This document shows, one piece after another, positions 33,116 through 43,748 of a stretch of 64,000 nt of DNA. Origin of the DNA: Dimorphilus gyrociliatus. Lineage: Eukaryota; Animalia; Annelida. The stretch is taken from positions 2,239,404 through 2,303,403 of the forward strand of contig CAJFCJ010000007.1 in NCBI GenBank assembly GCA_904063045.1, written 5' to 3'. Under the pieces are notes generated by a model that worked only from the letters and a program-made list of their open reading frames with translations, had not been told where the DNA came from and searched no databases. The number at the start of each line of letters is the position of its first letter. Positions within the stretch are counted from its first letter, which is position 1. A program made the translations under genes and the position numbers.

Positions 33116-36100
33116 ATGTCGGATAAAGAGGGAGAGGCAAAGTCCAAAAAGTTTAACATTGAGATAAAGACTGTGGTTTGTAGCTTTTTCAAAAAATATT
33201 TCCTCAATTTCGTCTATTATCTTATTATTTTCTTTATGAAACAGGTTAATGATACTCTTAGACACTTGGACTTTTTGAGACAAGTTGAAGCTTTTCCAAA
33301 TCTTTTTCATCCAAATCTTATATCTGAATCTATAAGACGCTATGAAACATGCTGGCTACCCTTGAAGAAGAAATTCCCACAGGAACTTCTGATACCACCT
33401 TTGGACGTTTACTGGGTTTGGCACATTCACTTTCTTTCTGGCCAACAATACTTTGACGACTGTGAAGTTATAGCAAGATGCCCTATTGATCATTGGTATC
33501 CTAATGGTCTTGAGGAGGAGTATAATTGTAGGGAGTTAGCTAGAATGAGATGGGAAAAAATGTTTAGAGAACCTTTCGAAATAAATCATAAAAATGGAAT
33601 GTGGGAAAAATTCCCTAAACGTTCATTTGAGAGCAAATTAAAATACGATATTGCCGAAGCTGTTAATCATCAAAAGCACTTTTACTATCAAGTCTCTTTG
33701 AAACACTATTGGGATTCTGAGTTCCTTTACAATGCTTGTATGCGCTATAAGAATTATATTCATCTTCTAGCGAAAAATTCAGATAAAACCCTACTACCAC
33801 CTATAGATGTTGTACTCGTTTGGAGGGCTCACATGTGTACCACTCAAGATTATGAGGAGGACTTTAAGGATGTACTTGAGACCTTACCATCAATACCGAT
33901 AAACTCATACTTTCAACGAAATTTACCTGAAGCCGTTGAAGCTGAGAAGGTAACAAGAGAGCTTATGAAAGAAGAATTCAACAAAGAATATTCCGTTAGA
34001 GGTGGAAGTTTCAGAGGAGAAGCTCCACACTCTTCTATGTCTGTAGAAACTGAAGAACGTCAAGCTGCTGGAAGGTCGGCAAGGTTTAATGTTAAAATTA
34101 GATCTTTCGGGATTCACGTAAATCCTGATCTAAAGAATGTTACTGTTAAACTTGATCTGATTCCTAGAAACTCAGGTGAAGCTGAAGTAGTTAGCTTATG
34201 GAAAAAATCAACGAAACTGTCTAACCGTCCCAACAGTTGGGAAGATCATCAGAATAGTCTGAAAAGCTTTCAGTTCGATACCATAGAACATGAAAAGATC
34301 AGGGTTCAACTTTACCATGGATCGAAAATTAAGGAGCCCCCTATATCAGAAGCTGAGGTGTATATTTTAGATTTGCATTATTCACCTGATGAACATCAAA
34401 TCATTCAAAGAGATGGTGAATTTAAAGACAGATATGGCGGAGAATATTTTGGTATCTTCCATATCAACTACGTTTTGATTCCTAATCCAGTTTTCGGGGC
34501 CGCTCTCTTTGAAGTTGAAGATACAGAGTTTACTGTTAGAGAAAAAAGTAATGCATCGGCTTGGGGACCAATAGCTCTACCCTTAAATCCCCCTTCACCA
34601 GATACATACACTGGAGCTTGCAGCGTTGCTCTCCATAAAATTTTTAATCATTCAAAAGATGAGACTTATAATGTTCGCGTACTCCATTCAGTAGAAACTT
34701 GTATGTCAGCCATTCAAGTGAGAGTTGAAGATGATTATCAAGCTTTAGCTCATGTTATTGGGTCCAACCAAATTCCTCTACCCGATCAGTTAAACAACCC
34801 TGATTTTGCTGTGACCTTAGATCCCAGTAAGAAGGAAAGAGCTATCTTAGTGAAAGACGGCAATGGTGATCATTCAATTGTTATTGGTAAATGGATATGT
34901 AAACCTCGTCCCAGACGAGATCATTATGGACGAAGCGATCCATCTGCCACAGCTGAACCCTCAGCAACTAATCCAGGTTTTCTAGAAATCACTATTCATG
35001 AGTTAAGATCATCTCAAATTTCCAAGATACCAGTTCCAACTAGGCGACCAAACGGAACCTATGATTTTAAGATATCAACCAATGAAGTAGTTATAGACTT
35101 GAAAGACGGAACAATAAATGTTTTTGAGAGAACTCAGGAGTTGGCTGCAAATGTTGCTCTTGGTTTTGCTTGTGGACTCCTTTTCGTTCTCTGTCGACCA
35201 AAAGCAGAAGTCGACAATAATCCACCAGAAAGAGAAAGAGAAAGAAATCGTTACGATCAAGAATATAACGGATATAACCGAGGCGGTAGAAGATCAAGCT
35301 TTGACAGAGATTATGGCGATGAAGATGAATATGGGAGACCTCATAGGGGCAGAGGTAGAGGCGGTGTATTCCAAGAAAATTTAGTTCTAGTTAGAGCGGC
35401 AGGAGTTCGGGCTGAGAAAGTTCCATTTAAGGTAAAGCAATTGCACTTATAGAATATAGTTAGACAAATAATTAATTTTGCAATTTTGTAGGTAAATCGA
35501 GAAACAGACGACCAACCTGGATACGGGCCAAATGTCACTGGTTTTATACCTGCTACGAAAATGTTTGACCAAGCTGGAGGTCATATGAGAGAAGCTTTCA
35601 GCGCTGATTCATTAGATGTCCCTCATCATGGTGATTTTAGGCAATTCCGTGATGATATGCACCAAGAAAAAAAGCCAAGCGGGTTCTTTTCAAAACTTGC
35701 AGGGAAGATAAAAGCACCAAAAATGTCATTACCTGAAATGGATGATTTGGATATGGATGGAGCTGGAAAATTCGGTGCCAAAATGGCTGGTAAAGCCTTT
35801 GATGGAGCAATGGATGAAGCTGGTATGGGAGACTTCTCTGGAGCCGCTAAAATGGGAGGTAAAATGGCAGGAAAATTCGGCGCCAAAATGGCTGGTAAAG
35901 CCTTTGATGGAGCTATGGATGAGGCCGGTATGGGAGATTTCGCTGGAGCTGCTAAATTTGGAGGTAAAAAAATGGGCAAATTTGGTGCCAAAATGGCTGG
36001 TAAAGCTTTTGATGGAGCAATGGATGAAGCTGGTATGGGAGACTTCTCTGGAGCCGCTAAAATGGGAGGTAAAATGGCAGGAAAATTCGGCGCCAAAATG

Positions 36101-37651
36101 GCTGGTAAAGCCTTTGATGGAGCTATGGATGAGGCCGGTATGGGAGATTTCGCTGGAGCTGCTAAATTTGGAGGTAAAAAAATGGGCAAATTTGGTGCCA
36201 AAATGGCTGGTAAAGCTTTTGATGGAGCAATGGATGAAGCTGGTATGGGAGACTTCTCTGGAGCCGCTAAAATGGGCGGTAAAATGGCAGGAAAATTCGG
36301 CGCCAAAATGGCTGGTAAAGCCTTTGATGGAGCAATGGATGAAGCTGGTTTGGGAGATTTTGCTGGAGCTGCTAAATTTGGTGGGAAAATGGGCGGTAAA
36401 GCTTTTGGGGCGGCAATGTCAGGTGAAATGGGCGAGTTTGACACTGGTGATAGTGGAAATTTCTTTAAAAAAGGCTTCAGTAAATTGAGCAAGCTGTTAA
36501 AATCTAAACCAAAAATGGATAATATCGGAGATTTTGATGATATGGCTTTTAATGAAGATATGAGAGGAGCAGCTGGAAACTTTGCCGATAGATTAGGACA
36601 AGAAGGTATGAGACAAATGAGACAACAGTATGGAGGTCCCGATCCAGATGATTTTGAATATTCTTCACGAGGTGGCGGTCGGCAATCATCTCCAGACAGA
36701 ATGGGTAACAGGAGAGGAGAATCTCCAGACAGAATGGGTAACAGGAGAGAATCTCCAAATAGACAGGGCCGAAGGTATGATTCTCCTAACCGCAGGAACA
36801 GGAGAGTAGAATCTCCCGATAGCCGTGACGACTTCAGAGGAGGATTTGACCAAAATGATGTACAACATCCGGGAGCACCACGAACAAGAACCATGCCAAA
36901 TAATTTCGCCGGCGTAGAGGCTGCTCGAATAGCTCAACGATCAGCAAACCGTTATATTCAAGGCAGTCTTGACAGACGAGAACCCCGTGATGAGTACGAA
37001 TATGACGATCGAAACAATCATCGTGGAATGGCTGAGGATATGGGTAAGTCATTGGCTGAAGATTTGGTTGGTGCTGGACTTGAAAATGCTCTTGAAGATG
37101 TACCTGGAGGTCAGATGTTAGCTGACGTAGGAGGAAAATATGGCGGCAAGTTAGCTGGTAAAGGTTTGTCAAAGTTCGGAAAGAAAGGTAAAAAAGAAGC
37201 CCGAGAGAGATCTATGTCTCCTAATAACCGAGGTTGGGATAGAAATAGATCACCACCTGGACCTAACCCATATGACAGAGGAGGCTATGGCAATATGGCT
37301 AGAAGAGGTGGTGAATTTTTAGGCGAAGAAGGAATGAATGCAGCATTCGATGAATTCGGCATGCCAGGTGGAGATATAGCGGGTAAAGCAGGTGGAAAAG
37401 CCCTTGGAAAGGCTGGGGGCTTATTCGGCAAGTTCGGTAAAAAGTCTAAAAAACAGAGTTCGAGTGAGGATGAAGCTCCTTTCGATCCTCCAGGCGCACC
37501 AACAGGATATGGTAGGGGACATTATGGTGATTTCAGAGGTGGTCAAGGAAATTATAATCCATACGGAAGAAACGGTCATGGCAGCCCCAGAGGATATGGT
37601 GCCAGGTCAATTGAACATGATGATTACAACTATAGAAATCATGCTTATTAA
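33116..37651 (+). CDS. DUF1399/GRDP-like protein fused to a ~720-aa repetitive low-complexity tail (~1468 aa; exons 33116-33175, 33245-35431, 35492-37651)
   Basis: IRRYETCWLPL...PPLDVYWVWHIH and FYYQVS...RYKNY...PPIDVVLVWRAHM are the duplicated GRDP/DUF1399 signature. A phase-0 60-nt GT-AG intron (35432-35491) joins the two long ORFs in frame. Confidence 0.8.
35762..36391 (+). repeat. Coding tandem array: 6 x 105 bp arranged as 3 x 210-bp higher-order units
   Basis: Unit AGKFGAKMAGKAFDGAMDEAGMGDF(S/A)GAAK(M/F)GGK(M/K). cgccaaaatggctgg recurs at 35881, 36091 and 36301, and the 210-bp units are nearly identical. Confidence 0.97.
36689..36825 (+). repeat. Coding 30-33 bp tandem repeat, (E/D)SP(D/N)R..R motif x5
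   Basis: SPDRMGNRRGE SPDRMGNRRE SPNRQGRRYD SPNRRNRRVE SPDSR. Confidence 0.85.
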
Positions 37652-37900
37652 ATGATCTACTTATTCATCAACTTTCTTACGGTATTTAATATTTCTATCC
37701 ATGCCTAGTGAATAATATAATATATATTTATATATATATTAGTATATACATGCATATATAAAAATAATTCATTCATAATTGTACTCATTGTTAAACATTA
37801 TTACTGTTCTGTTTCATTTTAAGTGTCATTCTTGTTTTGTCTTATCAATATTTACAACATTTTTATATTTTTATTTACAAAAATAATATTCAAATTTAAT

Positions 37901-40900
37901 TTAAGTGTCGTCTCCGTCGTCGTCCTCTCGTTTAGTCATTTGCTCTTGCCACATTTTCCAATACTTCCCTTCTAATTCTAATAGCTCCTCGTGACTGAAG
38001 GATAGTTAATTAATTTCTTTTAGCACTATTCACGATTAGGAATGAAATTTTCAAATACTTTACCTTCCTCTTTCTACTATTTCTCCTTGATCTAAGACCA
38101 TTATGGTATCGGCATTGACAATGGTACTAAGCCTATGGGCTACTATTAAACTTGTTCGATTCTCACATACCTTTGACAAAGAACTTTGAATATTACGCTC
38201 TGTTTGAGTATCGAGCGCAGACGTAGCCTACAACAAAAATGTGAATGTCAACGAGTGCTTTTTAATCCTAAAGACTGATTCTATAAATATAATGATCGTG
38301 AAAAGGCGACTACCTCATCTAGTAATATTACAGAAGGTGCTTTCAATATCGTTCGAGCTATTGCTACTCTTTGCTTTTCACCGCCACTTAATTTGAGACC
38401 TCTTTCTCCAACTTTTGTTTCGTATTCTATACGAATAATTCATCTTTAGACGTTCATATCGTAAATTTCACATAAAAAATTATAATATACTCTCTGGAAA
38501 AGCCATTATCTTCTCATGTATATCCGCTGACTGAGCGGCTTTTTCAACATCAATATCCGATGCATTCGTCCTTCCATATCGAATATTATATTTTATATCA
38601 TTATTAAATAGGACAGTGTCTTGTGGCACAACCCCAATTGCTAAATATAATAATTTCAATTATTATTTCAATACTTTAGCACACTTGTTTTAAATTAAAC
38701 CTTTACGAAGATCCGATTGCTTTATTTTCTTTATTTCCGTTCCATCGATTTTTATGGTTCCATCTACGACGTCGTAAAATCTAAATATTAAACGAATAAT
38801 TGTACTTTTTCCTCCACCAGATGGCCCTACAAATGCAAAAGTTTGGCCCGGAAGGATTGTAAATGATATATTCCTTAGAATGGGTTTCCTGAAAATTGAA
38901 GATAAGAACTTGGAAAATAAATAAAAAAGAGATCAAACAAAATTACTTACTCTGGAGCATAATGGAATGAAACATTTTCAAACGATACTCCACCTTTAGT
39001 AACAACCCAATCCATCTCTGGATTAGGATCATCTGTAACTTCCTTATCTTCGCTTAATAGTTCAAACATATTTTCCATATCTATAAAAGCTTGTTGAATT
39101 GTTCTATAATACGTTCCAAACCAATTTAAAGGCGCGTACAACTGGACAATATAAGTTGAGAATAAAACATAATCGCCAACGGTTAAACCTTTTCGAGCTG
39201 CAACATACCTGTAAAATAAAAAGATTATTAATAAGTAAATAACAATATTAAATTATACAAATGTATATAAACTAACCAAACGCAAAGTAAACTTCCAACT
39301 AGCAGGCCAGCTCCTATTATAACATTTTGAATACTATTTAAAATATTTAATGTAGCTTGCGATATCCATTCAGCTTTTTGATAATTAATTATAGAATCCT
39401 TATAAGAATCAATCTCAAATTGTTCAGCTCCGTAATATTTTACCTAAATTTCATTTAATTAATATAAAATAAAAACAAATATATGTAAATTAATTAATCA
39501 ACTAAACTGTTTCAAAATTTAATAACGAATCTACAGCTCTAGCATTCCTCTCATTATCTAAAGTATTCATTTTACGACGAAACTTTGTTCTCCATTCAGT
39601 TACCATAATTGTTGCAGCTAACGATATTAAAAGATATACTGTATATATATTTACTGTATGGAAAAATGTTTACCAAGGTAAAACATCATTGTAACAAAAA
39701 CAATAATAGCAAACCACGCATCAAATGCCATAAGAAAATACACTATAGCTATTATTATATCGGCAAACGTTGGTAGAATTTGAAAGATGATGTAACTATT
39801 CAAAACAAGAAACATTAATTAGTGTATAACCAATAGTTTTAAAACAGTAATTTTACAATAATTACTTTAATAAGCTATTAATACTGTTTGTTCCTCGATC
39901 AACAACCCTAAGAACTTGGCCAGTTTTTCTTCCCAGATGCCATCTCAAAGATAAGCTAATTTTACGAAGAGAAAATAGTAAATAAGTAAAAAGAATTTGC
40001 TTATTTTCATAAAAATTTTACCCGTGAAGATGAGAAAATAGGGACACTTCAACTTCTCTTGTCGTATACTGCTGTACCCAAATCCATAACAATGTTCGAA
40101 TATTATTTAACAAACCCATAGTTCCAAAACCTCCGCCTTGCAAGAATCTTAAACCAACATAAATACAAACGTAATCCCATCTAAACGCTAAATTATTTGA
40201 TAAAAGCACTGTATTATCAACGATGGTTATAGTAGTATTCTGCTTTGGAATATTGGGTATTGATAAACTATCAACTGTCGATAGGGAAAATATTTCAAAA
40301 TTCTTCAACAAAATATTTAACATCTTTTTAATTACAAACCTATTTTCTTATAATAAATTGGATTTAATAAATTAACAATACGACCAACAACCAACAATAG
40401 CATACAAAAAATGACGCAAATCTGAAATATAAATAAAGGTTTTTGTAGATAAAAAGAACAAAAATACTTATTAATATATTAAAATAAAAAACTTGTAATT
40501 TGGGACTTTTCTTTGGCCATAAATATGGGAAAAGCATTTTTAATTTTTTCCATATTCCTTGCCAAGTTGATCCTGAAGTTTCAGAGTTTCCTGGGAGTTG
40601 CTAAATATTAAAAGTAATTCAATTTTTATTAATTAAATCAATTTTCAATGTCAATTTCTATTTTCTTACTTCGTAATCTTCATTTGGATTTGTCAAGGGT
40701 ACGCCTGGTGCTACTAAACCCAGAATAAATATTAAAGTCGATAAAGATAAACGTATAGACCATAGAATAAACTCTACTCGTATATATTTTGTTCTGTAAA
40801 TATAAATAAACACTTAATAAAACGATTAAGAATATCTGTAACACTTACTTTGATTTAAACCACCATTGTGGACTTGACCATGATATTAAAGCTAATAATC

Positions 40901-41456
40901 TTTCAATGAGAATTCCACTCAAAAGTAATAATAAAACAAAACTATGACCTCTTCTGCTATTTCGTAATCGGTAATTTCTCTCGAATCGAAGTAAATACAA
41001 GACAAATATCCATGAAACAAACATAAGTACTAAATTTATGAAGAATAGTTAAGAAGAATAATTTACAATATTAAATATAGAAAACTTTACCACAGTATAA
41101 TATAGAATATGCGTATAGATTAGATAATTGATGCTGCAGAAGCAGACGAATTAGACATTCGAATATTGAAGAATATATCAGAATTAATAATATATAATAA
41201 GCAGGCTTTCTTATGAGATCGGTACTTCTAATTTTTCGTCCATTCTTTTTATAACTGTAAGAATGATTCGAAAATTATTTAGAAGATTTTTAAAAGAGTT
41301 TAAAGAAAAAAGTTACAAGTGAATTTGTAAAGAACCAAATATTATGATAAAACCAGTAAGCACAGAGGACGCAATAGTATCATAGAAGCATCTTGTAAAG
41401 CCTCCATCTTTCCAAATATGAGTGTTAAGATCCGCTGATTCTGGACAGAATTTCAT
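37901..41456 (-). CDS. ABCB6: ABC half-transporter ABCB6/HMT-1, many exons
   Basis: TMD0 start [27 protein letters not shown]; [21 protein letters not shown]; [28 protein letters not shown]; [18 protein letters not shown]; DEATSALD. Confidence 0.93.
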
Positions 41457-41910
41457 AATTAACTGCGCTAGTATGATAAATCAAAAATATGACTAGCAGA
41501 GGACATAGAAAATCTGGAACCGGCTTCCTTTTTTCAGAGTTTTTGGCATGTGATCGTACATAAGTAATATAACTTTCAAGGTGAGCTCTTCGGAAACGAA
41601 CTCAATATTGCATATTTTTAGTCTTATTAAATCTTAATTTAAAAAAACAGTTCAAGTGTTGATAGCAGTCTTTAGTAGTATCGAAATGATGAGCACTTTC
41701 AAAAGTTAACACTTTCCCGTAACCAGGCTATTGTGGTATGATATAAAGCTGAGAAAAAAAAGTCATAACGCATTTGGCCGTTCAGAATTTGAAGTGTTCA
41801 AATTTTTCTTGTTTTGTTTGCAGTTTAGCATTGATTTTCTTGGTCGTTTTACGCTGCTTTGCATTTGCCGTTTCTATTAGTTCGTCGTATAGTTGGAAAA
41901 AGTTTTGGAA

Positions 41911-43497
41911 ATGGTTTGTATTAGAAACGTATTACATTTTTTTTAAGTGTTTTTCTGAAACGTTCACAACTTACAAGTATTTAAGAATATTAATAAGGTC
42001 AGAACATTCTATTATAGAAATTAGTATTTATTTAAGTAAAAAAGTACGAAATCCGCAGTTTGTTCTCGAGAGAATTTTAGAACAAGTATGAGAACGTTAC
42101 GTCTTTTCACTTTTTTACAGTCGTCCGATTCATCTGTACAAGCTTCTGTTACGCCTTCACCCTCCATCAGCTCTTTGGCTGCTATGCAATCTCATTCTGT
42201 ACCGAAATTTGGAACGGTGGTGCCGAATAGAATCTTTGTAGGAGGAATTCCGGCTGGAGTAAGTAAACTGAATGGCTGTTAACGCTACTGTCTAATAAAT
42301 AGAATATATGTGATATTTCTCAAGTCGTTTGTTTTCAGACGGCTGAAGAAGAACTAAAACACTACTTCAGTGCATTCGGAGCGGTTAAAGATGCAAAAAT
42401 TATATCGAACCAAGCGGGTGTCTCGAAAGGGTGAATAAAATATATTAGAACCAGTCATGTATATTAATGATATTATGTTATATTGCATTGGGTTTCAGCA
42501 GGTACGGTTTTGTGACTTTCGAAACTCTAGAGGATGCGGAACGGCTAATAAAACGGGAAGAGCACCTGATCTTCAAAGAGCGCAAGTTGAATATCGGCCA
42601 AGCTATCCGCAAGCAGGGTTATGCACCTAGGGTTTATGACCAAGCAGCCGTTTTCGCAACCGCACCGGCGGGAACAGTTTGGCTGGCTAATTCGTCGTCC
42701 GCTCCATATTCTTACGGCCCTAACGGCATGACCGTGATTGCCAATCCTATGGACCCATCATCGGCCAGCGCCTACGCCAATCAACCGCAAATACAAATGA
42801 TTCTTCCCGCAACCCAACAACCTTACTATTATTCACCGACATATCAAAGTCCACCGACGGCTGCCGCCCAACCGACTCAATGGACTGCAGGTCCGAGCAA
42901 TAATGCTCCGGTTACGCAGTATAGATGGGGCAATCCGTCGTCAGCCCAGAATCATCAAACCTCGGCGGCACACTTTATTTATCCCGTTCAGCAGCAGATA
43001 TCTTCCGACATGCTGTATGCTCATGCGCCTCATGGCGTTCATCACTCCTCTGATATAACTGACGCTTCGATGATTGAAGCAGCTACTGCTGAGGTAAGCA
43101 CGTAATACTATTCATCTTAGCCTTAATAAAATCGACTAATCATACACCTACTCACGTAAAAAATATAACTAACGCCTCAAACAACCCTCTTTTTCTTAAC
43201 CGTACCCGCTTACAGATGTGCTCTATGCCGTTAACGACGGCACCTCATCAAGAATGAAACTTTTAAATACAGCCAGCACCGTCTAGCGAGCAACGTTTGG
43301 CCAATATGTTCGCAGCTCGTCGCCAGTATGCATCACCAAATCGTCCGAAGTTGATGGGTCATTATAGGTCGTCTTCAACGACCAGCACTAAAATACCGCC
43401 ACCTAGATTCGTGACGAAGATAGTGAATGGATCGGCGCTGATGGATCAAGCAGAGCCCTTGACTCCACCTCCTACACCGGCCGACTTGCGCAATTAG
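41911..43497 (+). CDS. BOLL: Boule (DAZ family RRM protein); exon 1 is ATG only; two possible last exons
   Basis: PKFGTVVPNRIFVGGI...FGAVKDAKII...GVSKGYGFVTFET...KLNIGQAIRKQ is diagnostic, followed by a Pro/Gln/Tyr-rich tail. ATG|gtttgt at 41911 splices to 42121 in phase 0. Confidence 0.93.
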
Positions 43498-43748
43498 ACT
43501 TTTTCGCATTATCTTCGAATACGGTGTGTGCTTATAACGTTTAATTTAACTTGAATGTAATTTATGTCTGGCTAATGTTTATTAAAAATTGGCTTAAATA
43601 TTAAAAATCTTTTATGATAATGATGTGACAGTATAAAAGCAATATGTATGACATTTTTTATAAGAATGTTGAAAATTGTTTTATGATAAAAGTTTGGTGT
43701 CGGGAAGGACTCAAATGAACGGGAATCTTATAATAAACCATTGGCACA

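Noticed and set aside
35762-36391. Array as a CRISPR or satellite
   Set aside because: No unique spacers; in frame within a eukaryotic exon.
35626-36894. 422-aa antisense ORF and 248-aa alternative-frame ORF (35742-36488) over the repeat
   Set aside because: A stop-free repeat unit propagates openness through the array. The antisense frame needs Tyr/His/Gln codons on the sense strand to create stops, and these are scarce here. By-product of the sense protein.
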